Numbered from the whole stretch's first letter, positions 30,681 to 42,164 are shown. The stretch: 62,429 nucleotides of DNA, filler included, from 8 parts of 8 records of this genome joined end to end with filler, not necessarily neighbours in it; one strand, 5' to 3'. Numbers and translations: made by a program. The notes: generated by a model not told the origin, from the sequence alone.

Positions 30681-31880
30681 ATGAATTTGATTAACAAAAT
30701 TGCTAACAGAAAGTCAGTATTTTTTTATGCTGTATGTATTCTTTTAACTATAGGAGGGTTTTTAGCGGAGATGCTAAAAGGGAATAAAACAATATTTGGC
30801 TTAATTATTCTTCTTTTAGTATGTGTAGCGCCTTTAATAACAGCGATAGTAATGTATAAAAAAAATCCAGGTAAAAGGATGATTAAAACATTTGTTGGTA
30901 TAGCATTTGCGATCGGTTATTCTTACATTTTGCTTACATTTAGCAGATTTTCAGTATATTCTTTAGTATTAGTAATGCTTCCTATATTGACTCTTAATAC
31001 TTCTAGAAAGAATATATTTACGTTTGCAGTGGTGGTTTTTCTGGCTAATGTAGCGAGAATTGTTTTAGAGTATAAGGGCGTTTTTGGAGGCGACTTTGAC
31101 TTGATGGAACATTTTATTCAACTGAGTACTGTAGTACTTGTTTTTACGTGCAGTATAGGAACAAACAAGGTGAGTTCAATGTATAACAACCTACAGCTAG
31201 ATGTGCTTAACGAAGAAAAGGCAAATCAGCAAAAGGCAATTAATACTACTAATTCACTAATCAATAGTGTGCGTGGGTATTCGCATTCATTAGGAGAGAA
31301 CGTTGACAATTTAACGACACATTCTAAAGATGTTAGTGAGTTAACAAATACTACAAACGAAAGAGCAATTTATGGTTCTGCAGTTGTAGGAAAAATATCA
31401 GAAAATGGCGAGAGTGTTTCGGAAAGTAGCGTAAAGGTTGGTAAGTCTATTGAGGAATTGCAGGTTGGTGTTGATAGAATCAATGAAACTATAAGCATTA
31501 TTTATAAGATTTCAAGACAGATCAATTTATTATCTTTAAATGCGGCTGTAGAAAGCGCGCGTAGCGGAGAGGCAGGATTGGGATTTGCTGTTGTTGCTGA
31601 TGAAATTAAGAGCTTGGCGAATCAAACAGCAGAATCTACCAAGCGTATAGATGAAATAATAAGTGAACTAAATGACGATGTTTATAATTCGGTAGAGGCG
31701 ATGACTGCTTTGGATGAAGCAAACCAAGAACAGAATAAGCTGATTGAGGATGTTGCTAAAACATATGATGACATAAAAAATATGATGGGCGTTGTAGCTG
31801 GCAGAGTTGATACTATGAACAACATGATTACAACTGTATCAGATTCGAATAAAACTATGATTGATAGTATGGAAGAGTAG
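30681..31880 (+). CDS. Methyl-accepting chemotaxis protein with multi-TM sensor
   Basis: [34 protein letters not shown] hairpin tip; several N-terminal TM helices; start may be 30666 or 30681. Confidence 0.92.
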   Translation: MNLINKIANRKSVFFYAVCILLTIGGFLAEMLKGNKTIFGLIILLLVCVAPLITAIVMYKKNPGKRMIKTFVGIAFAIGYSYILLTFSRFSVYSLVLVMLPILTLNTSRKNIFTFAVVVFLANVARIVLEYKGVFGGDFDLMEHFIQLSTVVLVFTCSIGTNKVSSMYNNLQLDVLNEEKANQQKAINTTNSLINSVRGYSHSLGENVDNLTTHSKDVSELTNTTNERAIYGSAVVGKISENGESVSESSVKVGKSIEELQVGVDRINETISIIYKISRQINLLSLNAAVESARSGEAGLGFAVVADEIKSLANQTAESTKRIDEIISELNDDVYNSVEAMTALDEANQEQNKLIEDVAKTYDDIKNMMGVVAGRVDTMNNMITTVSDSNKTMIDSMEE

Positions 31881-31931
31881 ACTAATAAAAAATAAAAAGT
31901 TCTCAGACCGTCGATAAAGGGCACAAACGCA

Positions 31932-32031
31932 NNNNNNNNNNNNNNNNNNNNNNNNNNNNNNNNNNNNNNNNNNNNTTAATTAATTAANNNNNNNNNNNNN
32001 NNNNNNNNNNNNNNNNNNNNNNNNNNNNNNN
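31932..32031. other. Artificial contig linker
   Basis: N44-TTAATTAATTAA-N44. Confidence 0.99.
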
Positions 32032-32073
32032 CGAAGCTGAAGATCGCTGGTTCGATCCCAGCCGGGCGCACCA
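32032..32073 (+). tRNA. 3' part of tRNA-Arg (anticodon NCG), cut by the contig edge
   Basis: ..CGAA-GCTGA-AGATC-GCTGGTTCGATCCCAGC-CGGGCGC-A-CCA. Confidence 0.85.
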
Positions 32074-32083
32074 CGATCCCATC

Positions 32084-33322
32084 ATGCAAAGCAAATTACG
32101 AATTGGAATCATCAGCTACCGCAGCAATCCCCATTGTGGTGGTCAGGGTGTTTATGTCAGAAATTTGAGTCGAGGACTTACTGAGCTCGGTCATCGCGTA
32201 GAAGTGATTGCCGGCCCTCCCGACCCGCAACTTGTGGGGGATGTCAAACTGACAAATCTCCCGACCTTGGATCTCTACAACCCCGAAGATCTTTTCCGGA
32301 CGCCCAAAATTCATGAACTTGAAGATCCGATCAATCTCATCGAATGGCTGGGGGTATCATCCATGGGTTATCCCGAGCCCCTCACCTTTGGAATGCGCGC
32401 CAAACGCTACCTCAAGGATAAATATCGTCAATTCGACATTATCCATGACAACCAATGTCTGGCATATGGCATGCTATCCATTTCAAGACAGATTCCCTTT
32501 ACCGCAACCATCCACCACCCCATGACGGTGGATCGACGAATTGCCATACGCAGTACCCGATCCCCCTATAGAAAATTTCAACAGTGGCGATGGTACTCAT
32601 TTATCGGGATGCAAAAATATGTGGCCAGAAGAATTTCTAGAATGATCACAGTATCTGATTTTTCAAAATATGATATTGCTCAAGAGTTCTCTATTCCGAC
32701 AGAACGCTTGACGACCATTCCCATCGGCATCAATACAGAGCTATTTCACCCATTGGATCATATCAAACGGGAAAAAAATCGCCTGATTGTCACCAACAGC
32801 GCAGATACACCGTTAAAAGGGCTTTACTATCTTCTCCATGCTGTCCATCAGATTGTTTCGGAAGGGCATCCCATTGAACTGATTGTGATTGGAATTCCGA
32901 AAAAAAACGGCGGAATTGAAAAACTGGTAAAACGACTAAAATTGGAAAATTACATTGAATTTACCGGCCGCATAGATAACGACAGATTTGTCCAAGAATA
33001 TGCCAAAGCAACCGTTGCAGTGGTCCCCTCGCTTTATGAAGGATTTGGACTCCCGGTTGGAGAAGCCATGGCGTGTCGGATTCCGGTTATCTGCACCACA
33101 GGAGGAGCACTTCCGGAAGTTGCCGGGGATGCCGCTGAAGTTGTTCCGGCTGCCGACTCATATGCGCTGAAGGAAGCGATTGTCTCCCTACTGGACGATC
33201 CTATTCGTCAGGAACGAATGGCACAAGCGGGATATGATCGGGTAAAGCAAAACTTTACATGGGAGAAGACAGCCATGAAAACGGCTCAGGCCTACCGGGA
33301 GATCATTCATGCTCACCATTGA
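32084..33322 (+). CDS. Glycosyltransferase family 4 (resembles mycobacterial ManT)
   Basis: ISYRSNPHCGGQGVYV start, HDNQCL, TIHHP, PLKG, PSLYEGFGLPVGEAMAC (Ex7E). Confidence 0.9.
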   Translation: MQSKLRIGIISYRSNPHCGGQGVYVRNLSRGLTELGHRVEVIAGPPDPQLVGDVKLTNLPTLDLYNPEDLFRTPKIHELEDPINLIEWLGVSSMGYPEPLTFGMRAKRYLKDKYRQFDIIHDNQCLAYGMLSISRQIPFTATIHHPMTVDRRIAIRSTRSPYRKFQQWRWYSFIGMQKYVARRISRMITVSDFSKYDIAQEFSIPTERLTTIPIGINTELFHPLDHIKREKNRLIVTNSADTPLKGLYYLLHAVHQIVSEGHPIELIVIGIPKKNGGIEKLVKRLKLENYIEFTGRIDNDRFVQEYAKATVAVVPSLYEGFGLPVGEAMACRIPVICTTGGALPEVAGDAAEVVPAADSYALKEAIVSLLDDPIRQERMAQAGYDRVKQNFTWEKTAMKTAQAYREIIHAHH

Positions 33323-34058
33323 TTTTAATCGCTTAAATATCAAGCCCGGCAATCGTATTCTGGATATCGGCTGCGGAGAAGGACGACATACGGCCAAGGC
33401 TTGGGAGTTTCCCGGTACCGTTTGCATTGGGGCGGATATGTCTCATAAAGATCTATTGGTTTCCGCTGAAAAATTAAAGTTTCATGAAGCATTTCTGAAG
33501 GAAATAAACGCCTCCGCATCTCCCTCACGGCAAAACGATTCTACTTGGGCGCTTTCTGCATCGGACATCACCAATCTTCCATTTTCCGACAATGCATTCG
33601 ATATTGTGATCTGCTCTGAAGTAATGGAGCATATTCATGATGAGATTCAAGCACTTAATGAAATCAAAAGAGTATTGAAACCGGGTGGAATTTTAGCATT
33701 GAGCGTTCCCAGGTACTGGCCGGAAAAGATTTGCTGGCTTCTTTCAAAAGAGTACAGCAACACCAAAGGCGGACACATTCGAATTTATCGACAAAAAAGA
33801 CTAAAAAATTTGATCATTTCGGTTGGATTTGAACAGGTAGGTGAGCATCATTTTTCGCATGCCCTTCATATGCCTTACTGGTGGTTGAAATGTCTTATGG
33901 GGTTAAATCGGAAGGACTCTAAAGCTGTCACACTCTATCATGAACTACTTGTTTGGGATTTGTTGAAACAACCAGCCATAACTAGACTTTCTGATAAGTT
34001 ACTGAATCCCATCATGGGAAAAAGTATTGTACTATATTTCCAAATTCACAAATCATAA
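33309..34058 (+). CDS. Class I SAM methyltransferase (resembles mycobacterial MeT1)
   Basis: MLTIDFNRL, LDIGCGEGRH, SEVMEH, GGHIRIY, HALHMPYWWLKC, LNPIMGKS; overlaps the GT4 gene. Confidence 0.9.
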   Translation: MLTIDFNRLNIKPGNRILDIGCGEGRHTAKAWEFPGTVCIGADMSHKDLLVSAEKLKFHEAFLKEINASASPSRQNDSTWALSASDITNLPFSDNAFDIVICSEVMEHIHDEIQALNEIKRVLKPGGILALSVPRYWPEKICWLLSKEYSNTKGGHIRIYRQKRLKNLIISVGFEQVGEHHFSHALHMPYWWLKCLMGLNRKDSKAVTLYHELLVWDLLKQPAITRLSDKLLNPIMGKSIVLYFQIHKS

Positions 34059-34077
34059 CTAGCATATGAGTCAATTT

Positions 34078-34111
34078 ATAAGCGCCTGTCCAATAACAGA
34101 CAGGCGCTTAT
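34078..34111. terminator. Bidirectional terminator between convergent genes
   Basis: 13-bp stem ATAAGCGCCTGTC/GACAGGCGCTTAT. Confidence 0.75.
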
Positions 34112-34115
34112 TTGA

Positions 34116-35157
34116 TTAATTATTCGGCATTAACGTCGTAAAATCAAGTTGCCAATAAGCCCCCCTTCTTCATTGGTATTCATGAAAGGCAGTAACTTAA
34201 AACTATATGCGTTACCATCCAATTCAATGCAAGGTACAGTTATTGTAAACCCTTCGTCAAAATAGGGAAGCAGATTCTCTTTGCAACTCAGACATGTTAT
34301 TTGATCTGCAATCCACTCTGCGGCCAATTTGTGAGTTATTGTTGTTGGATGAGCACCATCCCAAAAAACGTATGCTCCATCATTAATAATACCCTGTTCT
34401 ATATCAAGTTTAGAATCCATTGCATTTATGAAACCGAATGCTTCATAATTTTCAATAAGATCATTCAAAAAAGAAAATGTATCAATTCTCTTCAAGTCAA
34501 GATTTGAATTGGAATTTTCTAAGCTGGCAAATAGTTGTTCCAAAGCCATATTAAAAGCAATGGTCAATTGAGATACCTGGGCAGACAATAGCGGCTCTTT
34601 GTTGAATTGAGGCGTTTTTCCAAGATCCGGCAAATTGAGAAGCAAAAAACTCGTTGCTCCTTCTGTAATTAATTTAATCATACCTGCTTGAATATTTGAC
34701 ATCGCTTGTGAAATCGATGTTTCCGGATCCGTAACCTCCCAAAGATCATTGCCACCTATCCAGATAACAAACAAGGATTCATTGGGCATCGCAAATGCCG
34801 ATGGAAATTGCCTTGAAATATCAAGCACATCTATGTACGCATCAATTTGTGTCAGAAATCCTGGATATTCACCGCTATAATTTGTTTCTCCGGTTTGTGC
34901 CCCCGCATGGGCGTAGTTCAAGTACTTTCCTGTAATGCACAGTCTATCCATAAGATATTCGATCCAGACTGGCCCATCGGAATACCGCCCTTCAAAATAC
35001 GGATCCTGAGGTTCGCCATCGCTAACAACGTAAAAATTCCCTGAATCACTTGTACTATCGCCAAACATAACTAAATTTTTAAAATCACCTGCATATGCAG
35101 TGAAAGCAATAAAAATTAAAAGGAAAACTACTGTAAATTGAATTTTTTTGTTTTCAT
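34116..35157 (-). CDS. Secreted SGNH/GDSL esterase with small C-terminal domain; indels at T7 35143-35149 and C6 34160-34165
   Basis: FGDSTSDSGN, GRYSDG, NYAHAGA, IGGND, FWDGAHPT; RBS GGAGG and ATG 35157 lead into a signal peptide after a +1 correction; corrected C-terminus AYWQLDFTTLMPNN. Confidence 0.85.
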
Positions 35158-35396
35158 CTTTCCTCCAAACCTGTTTACATGGTAAATGTCATATAGCCTA
35201 AATATGACTGATCGGCTCCATAATTAACTGCAGCAGTCAACTTGGATCTCTTTATTTGCCTCATGGCAACTTGTATCAATCAGTAGCTCAAAATGAAACA
35301 TTTTACCATTAATTTATTTAAAATATTTTCATTATTCCTTATTTTCGATATTTATGTCCGGCTCTGTTTTGACCTAAACTGTGACTGTTCCCATGC

Positions 35397-37369
35397 GTGT
35401 CGGTGGACCTGTTATTTCCATTATTCCCTGAGCTGAAAATAATTCTCAGAATACCATTGACGAAGCCCCAAAAATCATTGATGATTTTCCGATGTAATCC
35501 CCTAGAGACTCTCTTGTTAAACATTATTGCATTTTTTATCGGTCTAATAATTACTTGGCTGATATCCTTTCTAGAAATCTCAATTTCAAATCATCATCTT
35601 GCCGATACCTTAACCCTTTTGACCCAATCCGGTCATACTGTCGTCCCAATTGGCCAAGCCTTTTCTTCGCTTTCCAATCCAATTTCATCGCTTTTCGGAG
35701 CGCTCTTTTTTGTTGCAACAGCCGGAAGTCTGATAACGGCAACATCTTTTCTTTACTACAAGTTCATTTCATTAATATTCCAGCTTTTTCACTTCTCCCA
35801 ATTTAAACGTTGTACTTATATTTTACCCTTTCTTATCACCTCTCTATTCATGGCCTCAACCGGAGAAAGCGTCTCAACAATTGGATATACCCTTCTAATC
35901 CCCTTGGGAGTTTTGTACGTTTTTGAAAAAAACACCTACCACTGTTTATTGGCAAACAATCGCCCCACAAGAGTTACAATCATAATGCTTTTAGTCTTTA
36001 TCCTTCTTGTATCTTTGTTTTATTATCGATCAGATGCCAGCATTTTCCTTCGTGCCAGAGATAACTTGTTATTGACTAATCAAGCAGGAATAGCTCTAAA
36101 TGATTTCTACTACAAATACACTTTATTTGCATCTAGAGTCATTGCCCCACCCATAAACAAGCAAATTAAAAGTTGTTGGGTTGATCCTCAACTCCCCCAC
36201 TCTAAAACGATCAAAAAAATTCTATCTCGATATGGTTGGTTGACTATTCAAAACTCAAATAATGCATCATTAATCTTAAAAAAATCTCATTTTACTACCC
36301 CAAAATGCAAGTCTGCTATGTTAACAGAATCGGCACCCCACTCAGGGAGTCCCCATGTTGACCTTGTACTCAACAAAAGTAAAAAATTGCAAATCCCTAT
36401 CAAATCTCTCCCAATCATTAAAATGAGAGAAGATTGTATATTTGAGATTTCTTCAACAACCAATGAAATGACCTCCATACCATTAATAAATTTTTTCCAA
36501 ACACCTTATGATTTTCTTTTAGAAATTTCAAGCATGGGGGATTCGCATATATTTCTCAGAAAAATGTGTTTTTGGGGGCTCAGCATTGCCCTCCCTTTTG
36601 TATCATTTCTTTTTTTGTTTCTGAGCATCTCATCTTTTATCAATCAATTGATTATATTTTTTTAAAACACTGCTCTCGTCAGCTTCAACGAATTAAATGC
36701 GTGAAGTCGTCTGACTGGTCTAAATCTTCCGCCACTATTAGAATATCCTGCCTAACCACAACATCAATTTTACTATTAATTTTTTCGAACTTATTGTTGA
36801 ACAAACTTTATCCGTTACATCCAGGCATGAGGATGAGTTTTTCATTTCATCTAAATTCAAATGCTGATGAGTTTAATCTAGATCAAATGCTAAATAATCC
36901 AAGTTCATCAATTAGAGTCGAAGCATTGAGAATGATGTATAAACGAAAAAACCTATCCATTAATACGCTCAATTTGCACAGATCTCACACTTTTATTGAA
37001 AAGATGAATACGACTGCAGAGAAGTATTGGTTGGCCAATATTCTGGGGAAAAAAGGGGGGAAAGAAACGATACCGCACCTTAAAAAACTGGTTGAAGATC
37101 CGGCGATCAATGTACAATGCAGCTCTGCAAGAGCACTGTCCCTCATTGGTCAGAGAATCATTTCAACTCATCGAAATAAGGATATGGTTCATAGCTCAAA
37201 GGTAGTTCAAAGCAGCAACTCGTATGAATCAGATAAAAAAATTGTATTTGAGATCATTTCATTTTTAGAAAAAAGACTGCTAAACACTCCTGATTGGTAC
37301 GTTCAGCGCTCGCTATATCAAGCAATTCAAACATTACGTCTGAAGGCAGATCGCATTTATGATGAGTAA
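35397..37369 (+). CDS. Multi-TM membrane protein with C-terminal HEAT-like repeats (frameshift at T7 36657-36663); start uncertain
   Basis: Hydrophobic N-terminal ORF plus second ORF with SIRVEALR, LKKLVEDPAINVQCSSARALS, WYVQ motifs; the frames join at the T-run. Confidence 0.65.
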
Positions 37370-38014
37370 AAAGTCAAACGAGTGGGCGTTGACTTGTGAA
37401 TTCAATTCTCTTTTGATTGGCATCTCACTTGTTCTTTTCATTGAAATCACAGCGATTCTTTGGCGGGACACGCTTTCCTTTTCTCATTTAGCGCCCCTTC
37501 TCATAGTGAGATCTCTTGAAATCATCTCGATGATGGTATTGCTTAAACATTTTATTTTTTCGAAAAAAAAATTGGGTTGGGAATCAAACTCGGCTGTCAA
37601 TGTTCGATTATTTTTGCATTTATCGTTGTTCTTTCAGGATTTGCGCTTTTTTTGATAAGTGGCAACAATCCAATTATCTTTTTTGCATTTAAATTGCCTG
37701 ATTCATTCAAAGAAATGCTCTTTTTTTTTCTAGTTGGCGGATTGGTCGGCCCTGTAGCTGAAGAGCTTTTTTTTCGAGGATTAATTTACAGTTACTTCAG
37801 AAAATTCGGCGTAGTTTTCGCCCTATCCATCAGTACATTTTCTTTTGCAGTTTGTCATTACAAAGAAGGAAGTCAACTTCCTATTATTCAGCTCTTGGGC
37901 GGGATGGTTTTCTGTTTAATCTATGAAAAGTCACAAAATGTTGTAGCCCCAATGACTGTTCATGTTTTAGGGAATCTGGGGATATTCTCAATCAATTTGT
38001 TTTTGATTCATTGA
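37359..38014 (+). CDS. CPBP (Abi/CAAX) intramembrane glutamic protease (frameshift at A9 37563-37571)
   Basis: AEELFFRG, FAVCH, HVLGN motifs; adding one A joins the two ORFs. Confidence 0.85.
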
Positions 38015-39302
38015 GAATTTTAATCCCGGTTGGCTTAATTTTAAGATGGAGAAATTCGTTTTTACCAGGAAGTAATGCATCATCAGACAAATTGAAATAA
38101 AGTTTGTTTTTCAATTCCGTCTCAATGATGACTTTCCAGAAAGCGCCTTGAAACAACGAACGGATCACTTTTCCTGAAATGACATTTTCAGACAGCTGTT
38201 GAGATTCAGCCTCGGATAACGGAATAGCAGCATCCGGCATTATTAGAATTGTCATCTTGTCGGTGTTTTGAAATTCGAGTCCTCGTTTTGAACGTGTTTC
38301 AGTGTTCATTACCGGCATTGATTGAAGGGGACGAGAAACAGCACATTCAGAAGAACACTCTGTCGACTTAAGGTTCACTAAAAAGAGTTTTGATTTTTCA
38401 GACAGCCCTTGAATCACCAAAGTTTCGTCTGAGTGTTTAAAAGCGGTGAATATATTTTGAAAACCTAGAAAATCGGCAACCGCTTTTGTTTCCGGAGAAC
38501 GAAAGAGAACAGATGGCGGTGCCACTTGTGCCACCCTCCCCTTTATCAATACGCACACCAGATCCGATGCCGCAAACGCTTCCTGATGGTCATGGGTCAC
38601 GAGAATAGCTGTCATATTTGTTTTATCTAAAATCGTACATAAATCAGCCAATAGCCGTTCCCTGAGTAATCTGTCCAAAGCCCCCAGGGGTTCATCCAAC
38701 ATCATCAAATCCGGCTTGGGTGCTAAAGTCCTGGCCAGAGCCACCCGCTGGCGCTCTCCCCCTGAAAGGGCTTTGATCTCCCTGTTACCGTATCCCTCCA
38801 GATTGACCAATTCCAACATTTCATCTACACGCTTTTCCATGGCTTGCTTGGACTCATTTTTCATCTCCAAGCCAAAGGAGATATTCTCAAAAACGTTTCG
38901 GTGTGGAAAAAGCGCAAAATCTTGAAACATCATTCCGAAATTACGTTTATGGGGCGGCACTGTTGCCATGTTTTTGCCTTGAAAACGAATTTCCCCGTTA
39001 AAGTTCTGCTCAAGCCCGGCTACGATGCGTAGTAGCGTTGTTTTCCCACATCCGGAAGGTCCCAAAAGTGCTAATCGTTCACCTTTTCCCATCTGAAGAT
39101 CAATGTTTTCTAAAATATTATCCTTTTCTGAAGCCTCTTCTTTTACAGCACTTCCTAGTTGACGAGAAAAAATGTTTCTAGAAATCCAATCCATTTTATT
39201 TGGGTGACACTCATTTATTCCTCCAAACGAAACCCCCTTTATTTCAAGTTCGTAGTACTTTTTCATCTTTCCAGTCGTATCCCTAGTATCTTTCATCAAC
39301 AC
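37992..39302 (-). CDS. thiQ: ABC transporter ATP-binding protein (thiamine); start uncertain
   Basis: GPSGCGKTT, FQDFALFPH, LSGGERQRVALAR, MLDEP, VTHD; operon context. Confidence 0.85.
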   Translation of the reverse strand: MLMKDTRDTTGKMKKYYELEIKGVSFGGINECHPNKMDWISRNIFSRQLGSAVKEEASEKDNILENIDLQMGKGERLALLGPSGCGKTTLLRIVAGLEQNFNGEIRFQGKNMATVPPHKRNFGMMFQDFALFPHRNVFENISFGLEMKNESKQAMEKRVDEMLELVNLEGYGNREIKALSGGERQRVALARTLAPKPDLMMLDEPLGALDRLLRERLLADLCTILDKTNMTAILVTHDHQEAFAASDLVCVLIKGRVAQVAPPSVLFRSPETKAVADFLGFQNIFTAFKHSDETLVIQGLSEKSKLFLVNLKSTECSSECAVSRPLQSMPVMNTETRSKRGLEFQNTDKMTILIMPDAAIPLSEAESQQLSENVISGKVIRSLFQGAFWKVIIETELKNKLYFNLSDDALLPGKNEFLHLKIKPTGIKILNESKTN

Positions 39303-39334
39303 ATCATTAACCCAAGTACGGTTCAGTTTACGTT

Positions 39335-41029
39335 TTAAAACCCTTCATGACTGGTGGTTTGTCGTATCTTTTCAATAAACAGAAACCCTACTGCCGTTAC
39401 CAGCATCAACAAAGAGGAAACCGCCATGGCCTGACCATGGTTAAGGGCACCGGGTTGGCCTAAAAATTTGTAAATAGTTACCGGCATGGTTGTAAATTCC
39501 GGTCTTACAGCAAATACGGTCGCCCCAAACTCCCCGAGACTGATCGTAAAAGCAAAAATAGCGCCCACGGAAAGCGCCCTTGAGATAATGGGCACTTCAA
39601 TATGAAGTCTGACTCTGAATGGTGATGCACCCAACATGGTCGCGGCTTCTTTAAACGATGAAGGGATCGATCTTAAAGCCGGTAACACGGATCGCACCAC
39701 AAAGGGGAAAGCAACCAGCGTATGAACAATTGGAATGAGAAGCATGGATGTTCTTAAATTCAATGGCGGTTTGTCCAAAGTAATAATAATCCCGAACCCC
39801 AAAGTGACCGCGGAAGTCGATAGAGGCAACATGAAGAGAGGATCTAAAATTTCAGCCAATCGCCGTTTTGATGATTGAATGGTGAATGCTGCGCATCCCC
39901 CCACCACCAAAGCCAGAGCCAACGTTGAGAATGCAAAAAGTAAAGAATTGAATATGGCATCCAGCGGAGAGACGTAAAATATCGACCCCGTGGTATTGAG
40001 AAAAAGTTCCCGATAATAAATCAGTGAAACCCCACCGTTACGCAGCAATGATTTAATGAACAAGGCAAACAAAGGGGCACTGCAAAAGCAGATAATGAAT
40101 GTGACACACAGTCGAATCGCCCATTTTTCAAACGCTGATTTCGGAAAGCGCAAAGCAATGTTCTCCGACTCTGGTATAAACTGCAAATTTTTCTTTTGCA
40201 AATAAGTGTAAATCCACATTAACAAGAAGGTAAAACAAATTTGAAAAAGGGATAAAGTTGACGCCACTGGAAGATTGAACAGATGAGCAGCCTGTCTGTA
40301 AATCTCAACTTCAATGGTGGAAAACGAAGGGCCCCCCAATATCAGAATCACTCCGAAACTGGAAAAACAGAAGATAAAAACCAGCATGGCACCGGCAAAC
40401 AGGGCGGGTCTTAGGATGGGGAACGTTACCTTGCCAAAAGCCTGAAAAGGAGTTGCGCCCAACACGAGGGCTGCATTGGGTAAGTCCTGTCCAACGGATG
40501 CCCAGAATCCTGATACAATTCTCAATATTACTGAAAAATTGTAGAAGCAGTGGGCGATAAGAATTAGTACAAAGGACTCTTCAAGTTCAATGATTCCAAC
40601 AAGCCCCCCTTTTCCAATCAACGCCTGAAACGCAGCGGCCACGACAATGGTCGGCAATACAAAGGGAAGCGTGGCCAGTGTCATGATCAGCTTTTTTCCT
40701 CTGAACTGAAAATTCCCCATGACCCAGGCACACGGCAGCGCCACAACAAGAGTCAGCGCTGTGGATAAAGCGGCTTGCCATATCGTAAAACCGATAATAT
40801 TGATCATCCGGGAAGATCGGATGATTTTTAATATCCCGAGAGTGGAAAGAGTGTCGCCATCAAAAAAGCTGCGGAGGAAAATTCCACTCAGCGGATAAAA
40901 ATAAAATAGAGAAAGAAAGAGTAACGGAATAAGGCCTAATAAAAATATGGGGCTTTGAAGTAATCCTGAAAAACGTTTCAGAAAAGTAAGAAACCGCTTC
41001 TCTTTTTGCTCAACTTTCGAAAGTATCAC
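39335..41029 (-). CDS. thiP: Thiamine ABC transporter permease
   Basis: Duplicated permease with EAA motifs; LPFVLPT, CFSSFG, SLGEFGAT. Confidence 0.88.
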   Translation of the reverse strand: MILSKVEQKEKRFLTFLKRFSGLLQSPIFLLGLIPLLFLSLFYFYPLSGIFLRSFFDGDTLSTLGILKIIRSSRMINIIGFTIWQAALSTALTLVVALPCAWVMGNFQFRGKKLIMTLATLPFVLPTIVVAAAFQALIGKGGLVGIIELEESFVLILIAHCFYNFSVILRIVSGFWASVGQDLPNAALVLGATPFQAFGKVTFPILRPALFAGAMLVFIFCFSSFGVILILGGPSFSTIEVEIYRQAAHLFNLPVASTLSLFQICFTFLLMWIYTYLQKKNLQFIPESENIALRFPKSAFEKWAIRLCVTFIICFCSAPLFALFIKSLLRNGGVSLIYYRELFLNTTGSIFYVSPLDAIFNSLLFAFSTLALALVVGGCAAFTIQSSKRRLAEILDPLFMLPLSTSAVTLGFGIIITLDKPPLNLRTSMLLIPIVHTLVAFPFVVRSVLPALRSIPSSFKEAATMLGASPFRVRLHIEVPIISRALSVGAIFAFTISLGEFGATVFAVRPEFTTMPVTIYKFLGQPGALNHGQAMAVSSLLMLVTAVGFLFIEKIRQTTSHEGF

Positions 41030-42066
41030 AGAATTAGCTCAGTCCAGCTTTCAATCCAAGTTTCTCGTTTCTCACTAATATCATCTGCCGGTAAAGATGC
41101 AGGATTTGATGTAATGATTGCATGCTTTTTGAAAACTTCCGGAAGAGATGCTTTTGTATTTGAAGGAAAGACAAACATCTGAAGCGGTATATCTTCTTGA
41201 AATGGTCTTGAAAGTAAAAAATCCATCAGTTTTTTTGCAAGATCGATATCTTTACATCCTTTCAGAATGCCTGCAAATTCAATCTGACGAAATGCTGACC
41301 CATTCTTTGTCACTACAGCTGTCGGAGCTTCATCCAGTTTTTTTTCAGAAAAGTGGACTTCAGCCGGTGGACTGGATGCGTAACTGACCACAATGGGTCG
41401 ATCCCCATCTGAAGCGGCACTAAATTTCCCCCAATATGCTTCTTTCCATCCACTGGTTACCAAAACATCATTGGCTTTTAGTTTTTTCCAGAATGCCATC
41501 GCTTGGGTTTCTCCAAAACGACTGATGGTTGTCAGTAAAAAAGCAAGCCCCGGGGAAGACGTCGCCGGATTTTGTACGACCAAAAGCCCCTTATACTCGG
41601 GATTGATCAAATCCTCCAGCATGGCGGGTGGCGTAAGTGTGTGATCAATAAACCACTGCTTATCATAATTCAGACAGACATCTCCAAAATCGACCGGCAG
41701 CAATCGATTTTCCGGATCCAATTTTAAAGAGTCATCCACATCTTCGAGTAATGGAGAAGCATAAGGAATGAAAACATCCTCTTTCAATGCACGGCTCAAA
41801 AAGGTATTGTCAACACCGTAAAATATATCTGCGAGAGGGTTATTTTTAGAAAGGATCGCTTTATTGAGGGCCTCTCCGGCGTCACCGGCTTTCAAGAACT
41901 GAATTTTGACGTCATGTTTTGTTTCAAATGCTTTTATAACGCCTTCACTGACGCTGAAGCTATCATGAGTCATTAAAGTAATGATTTTTTGTTCTGCTTG
42001 GACATAAGAAATCAATAAAGCCGACACGCCTACAAGAATCAATAACATTTTTACGATCTGTTTCAT
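41026..42066 (-). CDS. thiB: Thiamine ABC transporter substrate-binding protein
   Basis: THDSF, GDAG, GVDN, NPATSSPGLAFL, VSYASSP, FRQIE; TPP riboswitch upstream. Confidence 0.92.
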   Translation of the reverse strand: MKQIVKMLLILVGVSALLISYVQAEQKIITLMTHDSFSVSEGVIKAFETKHDVKIQFLKAGDAGEALNKAILSKNNPLADIFYGVDNTFLSRALKEDVFIPYASPLLEDVDDSLKLDPENRLLPVDFGDVCLNYDKQWFIDHTLTPPAMLEDLINPEYKGLLVVQNPATSSPGLAFLLTTISRFGETQAMAFWKKLKANDVLVTSGWKEAYWGKFSAASDGDRPIVVSYASSPPAEVHFSEKKLDEAPTAVVTKNGSAFRQIEFAGILKGCKDIDLAKKLMDFLLSRPFQEDIPLQMFVFPSNTKASLPEVFKKHAIITSNPASLPADDISEKRETWIESWTELIL

Positions 42067-42164
42067 TTCATCAATCCCTTTTAAAAAAGAACTCCCATCA
42101 CATTTAGCAAGATGATAGAAATTTAGTTAAACGAAATCCCGGATAGTTTTCAAAATCCAGATAT

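Noticed and set aside
35165-35300. Riboswitch upstream of the GDSL gene (hairpin GTCATAT...ATATGAC, GGCAAA)
   Set aside because: Lacks the c-di-GMP-I two-stem consensus; only a short hairpin.
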